A stretch of DNA of 64,000 nt from Paraspadella gotoi (Eukaryota; Animalia; Chaetognatha). Position numbers and translations under genes: made by a program. Where the stretch lies: assembly GCA_051294375.1 (NCBI GenBank), contig CM119264.1, positions 21,887,402-21,951,401 of the forward strand, given 5' to 3'. The notes below the pieces were generated by a model that had not been told where the DNA came from, did no database searches, and saw nothing but the letters and a program-made list of their open reading frames with translations. Below are positions 42,880 through 56,050 of this stretch, one piece after another; position 1 is the stretch's first letter, and each line of letters opens with the position of its first letter.

Positions 42880-44505
42880 AGAGAGAGAAGGGAACGTTCA
42901 CCTGGAAACAAAATTCCATTGAGCGAAGAGAACAAGTCTTCGTAGTAAGATTCTGTCTGGTTGATTTTGACTGGCACCACCCGTGCTCCGGCCGCTTCTA
43001 GCCATTTCACATAGGAAGCTATTTTGAGGCCAGGAGTGAGACAATTCGCGGATGTCAAAATACGGGAATGGGAAAAAGCACAAATTATGTTAACTAAAGA
43101 TGAATCATGAAGCAAAAATAATTTTAAATTAAACGACTGACCTGCGAAATATTGATCTCCGAAGTTTTTTCTCTTTCCTTTTGACGCCTGAGCCAAAACG
43201 CCGATCACGGGCCGCTCATTGTAACAACCTATCGACAATAAATATCCGATGGTTCACACAAAGGTTTATTTTGTTAATTATTCACTGAAAAAAATTACAA
43301 ACATCGTTTTTTTTCTCCCTTATTCGATAAAATCTTTACTTGTCAGGGTTTCCAATTAATTGGAATTGATTTCTGTATCTCACCGGTATCAGTTGTTTGT
43401 TGTGAGACTGCGTTCCGAACGCTGATAAGTGAAAGCCTAAGAAAAACCAATTATGGTGATGATATTTACAAAGATATAAAACTAGAAAATTGCAATTAAT
43501 AAAAGAGATAAATAAGATACAATAAAATAACAAATAAAATAAAATTTTATGTAGATTTTTAGTTAAATTTCACCTTTTTTTAGTTTTAATGTCACCCTAT
43601 TTAATGGGATTGTTAGAGAATGGACATTGGACATTAAGGCGTAGTAAAATTTCTCAATTTAACTTTAAATTAAATTCTAAAAGTGAGGAACGAACAACAT
43701 TATATTAATGAACATTTATGTAATCAAAAAATTCATAATAAATTTTACAATTTACGCAGTAGGCCATATTTATACTAGTACTAAACCAATAAATGTTAAA
43801 ATTTCAAAACAGTTTTTTCTAAGATTTTTTTGCAGATTTGGATTCGTCATAAAAAGTTGGTAAAAAGAAATATAACTCTTTTTGAAAAATTCCTTCATTA
43901 AGTGGGTCAAAAATTAGAAAAGCTATATTTTAAGCTGAAAATTAACTTTTTATATATTAATATAGTTTTTATAATTTTTAACCCACTTAATGAAAGAATT
44001 TTTAAAAATGATTTATATTTTCTTTTATCAACTTTTGACGAGGAATTCAAATCTGCAATCAAAATTAAGAAAAGCTTATTTTGAAATTTTTCAATTTTAT
44101 AAGGATAGTACTATATATAAATATAGCCTACTGCGAAAATTAAAAAAACATAAAATTAATTTTTTTACAAATTAATGTTCACTGATGGTATGTTGTTCAT
44201 AATTGACTTTTAGAATTTTCGTATGTAACTTTCACTACGCCTTATTGGACATACAATTGATATTTATAGTATAACATATAAAACAATAAGCACGATAGGA
44301 AAAGCTCGGCTTCGGACGTTAAATTGTAATATCGGTTGCAGCTTTCTTTTTTAAAAAAAATATGTTAATCAAAAAATAGGTGAGAACTCAATTATTGCAC
44401 CAATCACTCGAGAAAACGTTTGCGTTTTCGTGAGCTCTCTCCAATTTTATAAAGATATAATACTCACGTTAATAAAAAACGCAGAAAAAGGGGCAAAATC
44501 TCCAT
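40408..44505 (-). CDS. GGH: Gamma-glutamyl hydrolase (peptidase C26) with acidic C-terminal extension and hydrophobic tail, 482 aa
   Basis: Minus-strand exons 44468-44505, 43384-43436, 43142-43228, 42902-43018, 41783-41951, 41388-41662 and 40408-41117 splice in frame (1449 nt). Signal peptide [19 protein letters not shown]; conserved blocks [52 protein letters not shown] and FFVEETRR; catalytic [10 protein letters not shown]. Confidence 0.93.
42007..42120. repeat. (TTCG)n then (TTTC)n tetranucleotide microsatellite in a GGH intron
   Basis: Direct tandem repeat. Confidence 0.9.
43635..44244. mobile_element. Foldback MITE with 8-bp target-site duplication, in GGH intron 1
   Basis: TTGGACAT|TAAGGCGTAGT ... 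ACTACGCCTTA|TTGGACAT, with the TSD at 43627-43634 and 44245-44252. Long imperfect inverted arms (CGCAGTAGGC / GCCTACTGCG) and an inner inverted pair TTAAGTGGGT / ACCCACTTAA. Confidence 0.85.
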
Positions 44506-45238
44506 TTTGCTTGCGTTTCACCTCACTAAGAATAATTCCAATGATTCATCTAATTAAATTAAACGTAGAAGTCAAAAGTTAAAAGTTCAGAAAATGAAAG
44601 TTCATTGACGAAAAAGTGAGTGATGATGCCGAGTAAAGGAAAAAAAGAAAAAAAAACAGTGGCTGCGCAAATACATGTAAATCACTTTTAAGGGCTTAAT
44701 CTAAACTATTACTGCAGCAGTAATATCATTTTGATACTTGCAAAAATATTTCATAAATTAAAACAATACTATTTTTGTTTTTCGATAATTGATATATGAT
44801 TAAAATGCTTTGATCAAGACATAGAATAAGAAATAAAATAAAATAAAATAAAATAGAAAAAAAATTGTACAATTTTGGGGGGAAAAACGAAATGTTTACT
44901 TAAGAATTAAGATTAACTTTGAAGAGTGAAATGAAAACTGTTGGAATGGGATTGGCATATTAAAGAGCTTTCAAAATAACATGTGCATATCGAAATACTA
45001 AACGCTCTTTAAAAAATATATAATTATCTTGTAAATTTTTTCCTCCAATATTACGTATATGTATAGTTCAAAAATGTATTAAAAAAGTCGAAAATCTGCT
45101 CTTAAAACATTTTAAAACTTTTTCGGCTACTTATGTTTTCAATATTTTTTTTGGCCGGGTCTGCGGTCCTATTTTTTATGTCTTAAATCACTTTAAGAAG
45201 CAGTAATAACTTAAGTTTTCCTTATCTCAGTTTACATA

Positions 45239-45577
45239 CAGGGGTGGGACCCTATATCGAGACAAAACTTAACGTCCTGCCCTGTCTGAACGATCTGAGA
45301 TACAATAATAAAATGAGAAGCAAAAGTTTTTTTGCTGATGAACGATTGGCGGATTTTAGTCCACCATAGTTCAAACATTTTTATGTCAAACCGCGCGGAG
45401 AAAACCGAGCAGTTGTCTTTGCTGCATCACAAAAAGTATAATATCAAAGAATTTCAAAACAATTAATATATCGTCAAAAAGCTAAGAGAGAGAATATTTA
45501 TTCCGATTTTAAAAATCATTAAAGGTTTTTGATTCATGATTTTTGAAATTTTGTCTCGATATAGGGTCCCACCCCTG
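45239..45577. mobile_element. Tc1/mariner-type MITE with perfect 29-bp TIRs (TA TSD)
   Basis: TA|CAGGGGTGGGACCCTATATCGAGACAAAA ... TTTTGTCTCGATATAGGGTCCCACCCCTG|TA. Confidence 0.9.
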
Positions 45578-46020
45578 TACGTAACTGCCTTTTTACTTAC
45601 CTTTGTCGTAATGTCGTAGTTAAGTCAAATTTGTGAAAGTGGAAATAATTTTTTCCCCAAATATGTCCACATTTTAAAATCATTTATCTCCAAATTTAGG
45701 GTCACGGTTAATTATTTTATTAAATTAGTGGTCCACACTGGCCCTCCAATCGCTCTTTACCGCTTCTATTATTTGCGATCATATTCATTTATAAATTCTT
45801 AATATTAGATCTTGGAAAAAACGAAAGAGTCGTAATAAATATATTTTTTCAAGAAATCGGACCCTCTCTGAGTCAAACAGGTTTAACGCATTAAAACAAG
45901 CCTGAGACTACCATTTGAAAATCGATAAATTTCCGGTTTTTCGCGTTTTCTATCCAAAAAAATTGTTTTACCCCGTGATCCAAATCGACTGATACAAAAG
46001 AAAAATTAATTACATGTATA

Positions 46021-46480
46021 CTACCCCGTGAGCCAAATCGATTGACATGAAGTAAAAATTAATGATAATACATGATTAATAATGATTAATAATTATACAT
46101 GACCTACCAAATTTTTTTATACCATTTGATTAAAAAATCATTGACGTTTTTGAAATGCGCAAAATATTGATTAAAATGGGTTTAAAACATGCTTAAAATA
46201 CCTTCTGAACATGTTGGGACAAACTCATCATCACAGAAAAAATTATCCCTCATCAAGCAAAATATGTTTTTGATTAAAGATGATTCAATTTCTTACCACC
46301 TTTTCTGGAAAATAGATTTTAAGTTGTTTTAACAAAATGATGATTAATTAAAATAAAATTTATACATAAAAAACATCAAGAATTTATCTACCAAACAAAA
46401 ATATCTAATTGAGTCTATCTCAATACAGTAAAATACGGCATTGGCTTATTTTGTATCATTGGATTTGGCTCACGGGATAG
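46021..46480. mobile_element. Tc1/mariner-type MITE (TA TSD)
   Basis: TA|CTACCCCGTGAGCCAAATC ... GATTTGGCTCACGGGATAG|TA. An extra degenerate left end, TACCCCGTGATCCAAATCG, lies at about 45969. Confidence 0.8.
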
Positions 46481-47072
46481 TATTGAGAGTTAAGACTTAT
46501 AAGCGCCTCTCTGCCCTTCCTCGTTAAGTGGGTCAAATCAACTGGTCAGTTTGATGAAAGAGTGAGGTAAAGAAAGAAAGCTTCATCGCCAAACAGGTTT
46601 GAGTCTATAACCAATAGCGCAAGGGTAACATTAAAAAATTATAAAAAAATATAAAAAATTCGATAAAATTATATGATTTTAGTTTATATTATTATCATAT
46701 TTTTTAAATCAATTTTAACCTTGACATACGATTCTTTCAGAATGTAAATTAATTTATTCTTTATTTCATTTTTATTTTTTATTTTTTTCATTGTTTTTAT
46801 TAGCCTGCGGTTCGTCAATTGTCCAGCCCGTCAGTCTGTAAATTTGACACCACATCGTTAGAACTAAACTATCTGTTCAGGTTGAAATATTTACATTTAT
46901 GTCATGACTTTTTAATTTTTTGGCGCGAAAGATAATCGTTCATTCATTTTTAAGGTTGTTTCGACGTGAGTTTGTTTTGCAAGACTTTGAAATTGTAATC
47001 AATCATCGTTCGTCTCTTTTACACTGAGTTGCGTTTTTTTGCTTGCCAACATTTGGAAAACGATCGAGAGAT

Positions 47073-47117
<45 letters not shown>

Positions 47118-47683
47118 AAAATTGAGAACTCTCTCTCTCTCTCTCCCGATCGTTTTCCACATACCTTTTTTGTGCCATTGATTTTTCCATTGCGCGTGAA
47201 TCTTGGCCCCGATTCTTGGTGCATCAACAAAATCTGTAAAAGCTCAAATTGATTGTAAGTTCATTAACGAATGACTCTCACGTGGTTACTTCGTATTTGC
47301 GAGTTTTATATAGCAGACAAGAAAGGGAAAGAAAAGGGGAAAAAAAAGAAAACCCGAGAAAATAAATGATTATGAAAGAAAGGGTGAGAGGGGGAGAGAG
47401 ATAAATAGAAAAAGAGAGAGATAGAAAGAGAAAGAGAGAAAGAGAAAGACAGAGAGAGAAAGAGAGAAAGAGACAAAGAGAGAGAGAGAGAGATAATATT
47501 TCATATTTGAGTTCTCAATACATTGCTTAGCTAAGCAGAACATTTTTACATTGAAAAATAGAAATATTCTTCCTCTCGTCCTTCGATAAAGCTATCCACC
47601 ATTAACTTACTCATAAGTAAATCAATGTTTAAAAATAAAAATATGATTATCTTCAAATCACACACGACCGTCTCGACTTTCGC

Positions 47684-48342
47684 TCAACGAATGATGCAGC
47701 AGTCCAGCGCATCCGCCCACCCGGGGTTTTCTTTCCTCGCCTCCTCGTAGACCTCGCGAAAGAAGCGGATGGGCGCGTCTCTGAATTTGAAGCGAAAAGG
47801 AAATCCGTTCAGTTCGTCGATGAAAGCGGCGCGGGCGAAGCGGCATAAGCGGCGCAACAGGCGGAATTCATCCGCGCCGCTGTCGCCGCTGCTGCCGCCG
47901 CATCCACTGCCGCCGCCGATTCGCTCCTCCGGCAGTTTAAATATCAGCGGATCCTTGTAAATCTCTCCGGCCATATGGTGGTCGAGGCAATGCATCGCTG
48001 TCCCCAGAAACAGCGCCTCCGCGTCAACGCCGACGAATGTAGACCGGAAGTCGGGGAAGCGCCGGAGGAAGACGCTCTTAACTCGGAGGACGAAGGCATG
48101 GTAGGACGAGTAGGGGACCAACTGCGGGCAGACGTCTAGTAAAGGCGCTCCTACAGTCGTAATCCATGCCCTGAGGCAGAGGAATCGGGGTCCGGATGCA
48201 GTTATTAGTTGGATAGATAAATTTTAAGAGAAAGAGAGAGAGAGAGGAAGAGATGTAATCAGGAGAAGGAAAGAGAGATAGTCAAAGAGAGATAAACAAA
48301 AAAAGAAAGAAGTAAAGAGAGAAAGATAGAGAGAAAGAGAGC

Positions 48343-48374
<32 letters not shown>

Positions 48375-48430
48375 AGAAAAGAAAGAAAGAAAGAAAGAAA
48401 GAAAAGAAAGAAAGAAAGAAAGAAAGAAAG

Positions 48431-48461
<31 letters not shown>

Positions 48462-49293
48462 CCCACCTAACGGCCTCCAAGGATCCTTTCGGCAACGGAA
48501 AAATCTTCATTCGATCGAAATTCTCGAGCTGCTTGAGGAATCCGGTGTAGCCGTAGTAATTGAAGAGGATCGTGCAGACGTTCATGCGAGCGAGGAATTC
48601 GTCGGCCTCGTCCACTGTAATGGCGTGATTGCTAGCCGCGTGAATGTTCACATGGATGTGAAAGAACAAGTGAGCGTTGAGAAGAAGAAAAGCGTTTTCG
48701 GCAGAGAGGAATCTCTCGCCAAGTCGGCAATCGAGAAGGGCGTGTCCGTCCGGCCGGGGACCCTCGACGGGATCGTGGTTGAGTCGGACGCGAATCGTCA
48801 ATTCGCTCGTGATGAGACGGACGCCCTCGCCGTCGTTGACAATGTGAACGAACTCGGGCACATGGAAGACGGCGATGACGAGGTCAGCTCCATTTTTCTC
48901 GACGCGCTCCAATCGGGTCACGCAACTCGCCAAGCTGCACCCGAGAACCAACTGAGCGCACAAGGAGTCGTAATCCGGCGTCGCCGGCCAGCGTCCCCAG
49001 CGGCGGCCGAGGTGGAGACGGAGCGCGAGCCGCGCCAGTCGGACCGCCCATTGGCAGCGAGCGATTAGACCGACGAAGGAAGAGGCCCAGAGGAATTCAA
49101 AGAAACTCAAGCGGACGTGGTCAGAGACGAGCGGAGTCGAGGACCGCGAGAGGGGCCGCGTCTCCGGGTTCGACGGCGACGATGGGTGACGTCGCGTCAC
49201 TCGCCACCGGAAGTCGCGGCGCCAGAGAAAAGCGACGTTAGCGACGTAGGCGGCGAGGAGGAAAGATAGAAAAAGGAAGAGAGCCTGGAGCAT
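47684..49293 (-). CDS. Uncharacterised ~437-aa protein with N-terminal hydrophobic segment and lipoxygenase-like His motifs
   Basis: Two GC-rich exons, 48467-49293 and 47684-48170, join in frame across a microsatellite-filled intron (gttag|gtgggc ... cctcag|g; 1314 nt). Features: N-terminus MLQALFLFLSFLLAAYVANVAFLW; motifs HLFFHIHVNIHAASNH, TILFNYYG and GTAMHCLDHH; C-terminus ADALDCCIIR*. The coding status is well supported; the function is inference. Confidence 0.85.
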
Positions 49294-51689
49294 TCTCAGG
49301 GTTTACTTAGTAGTTTTACCTACGTACAATACGAAAACTCAATTAATATTAACAGTAATACACGGATTTCAAATGGGAGTTAAAACTTATAAAAAATAAA
49401 GATTTTAGCTTTGAAATATACTTGGAAAAGAACAATGATCTGGCAAGAGCCTGTTGCCTAACTAATCGTTGAAATATATTAAAGAAAATTTTTTGCATGC
49501 TCCCAAGACATTATACTAACTAATAAATGTAAAAAAATTAAAATTTATATCTCTTTTTTTTCACAATGAGTTTAAAATTAAATTATCAAATAAGAGGGAA
49601 AAAAGTTGCAAAAAAAAACTGCTGGAAGGCAAGCGCAACAGTTGCTATAAAGTGAAGTATTATCAATTTGTTTTATCGGAACATAAACGTCAGGGAATTT
49701 TCTAACTAATGAAATGAACAAATATTTATCACATTCGGTCATTTCAGAGTTATAACAATTCTTTTCATTTCACTCCTATGTGATATAATTGGTTTTTGAA
49801 AAGAAAAAGATTTCACGGTCAAAGCTTTAATTAGGGTTTAATGGTGACTGGTGACTAGTGAATGGTGACTGGATCGAAAGAAAATAGGAAATAGGAAAAT
49901 AATTGATTGAAACGGGATTTATGTTAGGATTTTACAATAATATCAAATCATGGTCATTATGATTATTTTCCTATCGCGATTATTTCATGTGAAAAGCTCA
50001 CATCTTGAGCTGAGAGAAAAAAAGTTAGATAATCCCAGGTTTTTTTGGTGTGAAGTCCAGTTTTTTTCGTGTAGCGACATAGACTGACAGCGGGAGAATT
50101 CGCTTTAAAGTGGGAAAGATTAAGCCAAATTATCCGGCGAGTCGCTGCGGGTCTACGAAAAGAAACCCGTTTATAAACTTAATCTCAAAAAGTCGGTAAA
50201 GCTTAAAAAACTACCTGAAGGGAAATGCAAGAAGCTTGCTTACTGACTTATAAAATACTCTATAAAATTCCCTGATTAGTGATCAGTTAAGGCATAAACT
50301 GATATGTCTTCCTTCTTACTCTTTTCATTATAAGAGCTACTCTATGCTGTCAGACATCTAGAAATTCAATGCGGTATAATTCATGTAATAATGATTCCTT
50401 TTCTTTATTATCTAGGAGAAAGGTCAGGGATCAAAAAACGCTTGTTTAGTCTCATGGCCACATAGAATAATTTCCTTTATATCAAATAATTTGCCTAAAA
50501 AGTGATTTTTTTAGTTCATAGTTTACGAATTATAAGACATTTATTGTACAATATATTTTAGTCACGTGATCATATTGTAATGCGTGCACAAATGAACACA
50601 ATACAGTCACTGCGGCGCAACACATCTTGTTTTTTTATGATTTAAAAAAAAATGGCGAATGCGGCTCTAAATTATTGATTCCTTCATCAGTGGCGACGGC
50701 GAATCTCTAAAGTTTTAGGACTTCCCGGGTGGTCTGTCAGTTATCACTACTGGTTTTTCTTCTTTTTTCCACGTGTTAAGTTTATCGGTGACTCTATTCT
50801 GATCCGTGTTTCTCTCCATTTCTCTTTCTGTCTCTCCATCTCTCTCTCTTTCTCTCTGCCTATACCTGTATTGTTTAACTAATAAATTAATATTAAAAGT
50901 AAAAAATTTGAAAATTTAAATTTCGGGGACCTTCCGCCAGAGATCTCCTATATATGTAATATGTATGCATGTATTTTTAGCAGGAAATTTCATTTAGAAT
51001 TTTCCTTTTAAAGTTAATATTTAATGGCCACGCTTATTTCAATACAATTTTTCAGCCGCACCAATTACTCTAATCAAAACAATCAAAACAGGCAAGCTTC
51101 AAGCAATCACCGTCAAATAACTTACGCAAGCTCGTGTCGTGAGAAACGCTCTAGACATTCCTCTCACGCCAACGATAAAGATAAACTCACCCACGGCCTC
51201 ACCCGACTCCCCCCTTCGGAGTTCCTCCACTCGAGCCCGACCCAAGAGATAATCTAGGGACGAACCTCCGCCCAAATCAGCAAGTTCCTTCTCCTTTCTC
51301 GCCTTCGAAATTTATGTGACAATTTTATTGGATTCTCCTCCGCGGAACCTGGTTCCACTTTTCCTGGTTCCACTTTTCTGTTCCACTTTAACTTTCCCCA
51401 GTTTTCCTCCCTTTGGTTTCCCATGGAATTCTCGGGTCGGCTTGTCCCTATCACGGTTCTATACTCGCGAAATATTGTTCGTTCTTTTATTAAGTACAAA
51501 CTTTTCCCTTTGGCCAAAATGCTCCCGATCTCATCGTTACACTTTCAAAACTGGTTCCTCGATTCCCGATCGAGCGGATCCCGGTTCCGATTACATTTTT
51601 GGATCTCTTCTCGTCGGAGTCCGAATTTCACTCCGGCCTTAATTTGCGAAGAAAATTCCCTCAAGGTGAAGGCGGAATAGGGAGAAATT

Positions 51690-51729
<40 letters not shown>

Positions 51730-51984
51730 GAGAGAGAGAGAGAAGTCCAGTTACAAAGATAGAAAGACCGGCAATCGAAAAATTAAAGAGGAAGATAAGC
51801 AAAAAGAAAAAGGAAAAAAATATATAATATTAAATAAAAAAAGGACAGAAAAATTCAAGATGGATGATAAACGATGAAACAAATCAATGATGAATGACAA
51901 CAAGAATTGGAAATTATGATACCTCGAGAAAGATATATGAATTGCCTGCGATTCAAGAATTCGAACTCGTTGTATGTTTTTTTT

Positions 51985-52059
51985 ATGTATGCATGTATGT
52001 ATGTATGTATATTCGTATGTATGGATGTATGTATGTATGTATGTATGTATGTATGTATG
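51985..52059. repeat. (TATG)n microsatellite
   Basis: Direct tandem repeat. Confidence 0.9.
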
Positions 52060-52918
52060 CTGACCTAGCATCCCTCTATTCACACAATTGTGGATGAAAA
52101 AACTGGATATAAGCGGATGAATGGATAAGTTAATAGAATCGAGTCCGAAGTTTCGCCCAATCAGTGGCGTGTAGAAAAACGGTGGGCCCCTCCACTTTTT
52201 TTTTCCTTGTCCCGGGCTCCCAGAAAATCAAGCTCATGCCACCACTTTACAATTTACTTAGCAACTTAGTAAGAATAAAGTTTGGTTGCCTTTAAAAATC
52301 ACACAATATTGACACATGTTTAGGTTTTAAGATTTCCTACTGATACAGACATTTTTGACATCATAAATTTCAAAGAGAAATCTTATATCATCAAATAATC
52401 ACTTTGTACTTTTTTATAGGGTTCCAATGATCTCTTCTACCCTCCTTCCTAAGAATAGTCCAACCCAGAATTCATTTGCCCTCTCCTCAACCACAGTTTG
52501 CCCGCTGCGCGAAACGAACCCAGGATCCAACATCGACAGATCGCCCCAATGGTCCTAACAGCCCCAATCTTTCCAACTATCCCAACCGCCTCATACGCCA
52601 AACGAGCCCAACTGACCTTAAAACCTCCCCATTGTCCCCAACCGCTCCAACGGCCCCAATCACCCCCACCGGGCTAAATCAGAGAGCGAGAACCCAATGA
52701 CCCCATTTTTCCTTCTGAATCTTCGCTGATGACGACGATTTGCGAAAAACAGAGGAGACCAGACCGCACTCCGCCCCGTTGTAACCGGAACTCGTAAATC
52801 GAGGTTGTCTGGTCGGCGTCAAAATAAAGTCTCTCTTTCTTTCTTTCTTTCTTTCTTTCTTTTCTTTCTTTCTTTCTTTCTTCTTCTTTCTTCTTCTTTC
52901 TTTCTTTCTTTCTTTCTT

Positions 52919-52979
<61 letters not shown>

Positions 52980-54009
52980 CACCAAAGAATTTATCTCTCC
53001 GACCTTTTGCGATGGGATGAATCAACGATGTAACGAAAACCTTCTTCTCTATTTCACTTTACTCCCCTTTTTAAAAATCCCCCCCCAAGAAAAACCAAAC
53101 TTTTTTCAAAGCTTCTTCAAAACTTCAAAACCACCCAGCCACCACCTCACCCACCTTCCATTCACCACCACCCTTCCCCATCTCCCAACTCTCGATTCCC
53201 CGGGGATCAGCGCCCTGACGCCGACTCGGAGTGACAACAAAATCTCCTCTCGTCTTTTTTTTTGGGCTTTTTGATCCTCTAAACATCTTAGCGAAGTCGA
53301 GAACCAGTCTCCATTCAACGGCTCCCATCCACGGGACACAGAGAGAGAGAGAGAGAGACGTACAGTCAGCGCTTACTGTTCGATTGAGAACCAGGCTGCA
53401 GTGTCAAATCTTTTGAAAAAGTTTGATACGTAAAAAACTTTTTAGATTTAAAATCAGATCAACGAATTCTATTGAAGAACTAAAAAAATACTAAAAAAGC
53501 ACTAAAAATAATATGTTCAACCAAATTACTACGTCCAGCCACATTTTATACGAAGATTCATTTTAATTTATATTCTCTATGGGTCAACAATTTTCCGTCA
53601 CCGAACTCAAGCTCGCTCTCTGTCGCATAAATTAGAAGTAAAAACTAAGATCCAATCACGGGAACCAAATCAGGGCGACTGGGAAATTTACGTCCGTCGC
53701 TTTGATCTCTTGATCCTTGACCATCATCCAATCTTCGGGAGAATTCGGTCACCGACAAAGAAAAGAGAAAAAAGAGTTTTTTTTAATCGTCGTCGTCAAA
53801 CTTTTCCAGACTTTTCTACGATGGACAAATTGAACATGGGGCAGACTCTCATGGTGCTCGGTGGCGACAGAAGGAAGAGGCCACGGGAGCGACTGGAAAT
53901 CGAGGTCTTGATTTTAAATTACTCCCCAATCCCCATCGTCGCCCGGCTAACTGGTCACTCTGGCTATTCGAACGCATCGTTATGACCCTTCCTTTCTTTT
54001 CCACTCGAT

Positions 54010-54165
54010 GCCCCTATCCCCTATCACCTTTCCCCTATCATGTTTCCCCTATCCCTATCCCCTTTCTCCTTTTCCCCTATCATTCTTTCCCCTATCCCTT
54101 CCCCTTTCTCCTTTCCCCTTTCCCATCCTTACCCCTTCTCTGTCCTCTACTTCCCCCTCCTCTCT
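54010..54165. repeat. Degenerate (TCCCCTW)-like C-rich tandem tract
   Basis: Recurrent cccctat/tcccctt units; G-rich on the minus strand. Confidence 0.6.
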
Positions 54166-55530
54166 GGATCGCCTTCCCATTTTTTTCCTTTTCTCGTAAA
54201 AGTTTGATAACATTTCGGCGTCATTGTAAAAACAGTTGAAACGGTAAAAACAATGAAAAAGCTGTAAAAACAGTGAGAGCAGTGAAACAAGAGAAAAATC
54301 CGATGGTTTGATCCAAATAATGAATGTGGATCGAGTTGTGTTCTTGTGAAGAGGTCTCGAAGAATCAATTTTTTCAACAAACCATAGGGAATTCTTAAGC
54401 TATAAACACTAAACAATCGATGTATGTATGAACATTAAACCGTTCTACTCGCTCTCTCTACCACGTCTCAACATCATCAATTAATTTTGAAACAAAACTA
54501 TACCATAACCCCCTTCCAAAAAAAAAAAGAAAAGAAAAAAGAAAAAAGAAATTCCTCCAATTAAAAAAAAGTGTTCGGTGAAACGGGATAGATTTTTCCA
54601 GCTTGGTCCTCCGTTGTAAATCCCTCGTTCGCACCGTGATTTCTAATTTGCAATTCTATTCACTTTATCACATACCAGCCCCTTTGGTGAAGGCCTTTGC
54701 CGCGAGTCTTTCTTCCCGCGCTAATATTTCATTTACAGCGCCCTCCTTCCCTCGCCCTCACTCACCCTCGCCCCCTTCAGTCGTCTCCCAGTCTCACCCT
54801 TCGCTCGGAATAATTTTCATCGTTCGTTCTCCTCGGCAGCAGCGTCCGGTCTCCCCAGCGCTTACCCGTTTTAACTACTCGCCAAACCCATTCCTTCCAT
54901 TTTCTGCATCACGTGCCCTTTCGATTCCTTCTTTGACCAGATTTCTCTTAATCCCACGGACCCATGGTCGATATTCTATCCTCCCCTCCTTTGAGGTAAC
55001 ATTCCTTTCAAAAAAAAGTTTGTCCTCTCGAATAATCTCTTCCCATTTTCTTAAACTCCAGGTCCGACCTCAAAAACTTACCCTGTCTCGTTTTCTCTCT
55101 TGAACACCTTTCGCCGAAACCTTGCACCCCACCCAGTGTCCCCTCGCCCTCCGGCTGACGCTAACCAAGTTTTCTCATCAGTCAAAACAAATTCCATTTA
55201 TTCGCTCTTTCCCTTTTTTCTTCCCTTTTTTCTTCCCTTTTTTCTTTCCTTTTTTTTCGTCTTTTGTGCGAAAAGAAAAGTGAAGGGAGATTCATAGATT
55301 CGAAGCGTGACTAGACGCCGTCGTGAAGGCGGCGGTGAATGAAAATAACAAGGTCTGTGAACGAGAAATTGTCGCGGAGGAAGGAAAGAACGAACAATGA
55401 ATTAGAGTTGCTGAATTTATTGTATTAAAGTAATGTTTAACTTGACTAAATTAAATATTTATCGTTTAGAGATGATTAAAAAATTGTTTCGGTTTAAATG
55501 ACGCGCCGGTTAATTTGAAAAGATAATATA

Positions 55531-56050
55531 CTATCTAGGAAAAAAGTATATGTCATAATTCATTTATTCAATAAAAAGTATATAAAACATGGGTAAAACA
55601 TCATAATAACATTCTCAATATTTGGTATACCCTTCCTCGGCATCAACTACTGCCTGCCTTTGTCTGGGTATGCTCTAATACAGCAAATTGAGGTATGACA
55701 GTAAAATGTTTTTTGACATCTTTAACGCAATTCTGCGCAGCCCCGATATTAATGTTGCGCATCTTTCCCTCTTTTATAAGAGCTATAATAATACTTTTTT
55801 GAACCAGAAAGAGGTGCAAGGCCTTTAGCAATTGTAGAAATTTAAATCCTTTTTTTTTCCCAATTTTTTATTCGAAGTAACAATATTTTTTGCCTGTAAC
55901 TTCTAAACAATTTGTCCTACAAAAAATAGAAGGAAGCTACTGAAAGGAAATTCAATATAGATTCGGAAGCGTTCTGTTTTTTTTTAAATTAAATAAATTT
56001 TCGAGTAGATATCTTTTATTAAAAATGTCATATACTTTTTTCCTAGATAG
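55531..56050. mobile_element. Tc1/mariner-type MITE (TA TSD)
   Basis: TA|CTATCTAGGAAAAAAGTATATG ... CATATACTTTTTTCCTAGATAG|TA; perfect 22-bp TIRs. Confidence 0.85.

Noticed and set aside
52162-52245. CAGTGGCG...CCACT short hAT-like element
   Set aside because: Ends are too degenerate and there is no clear TSD.
52725-52750. CTGATGA...CGAAA hammerhead-like core
   Set aside because: No convincing stems I-III.
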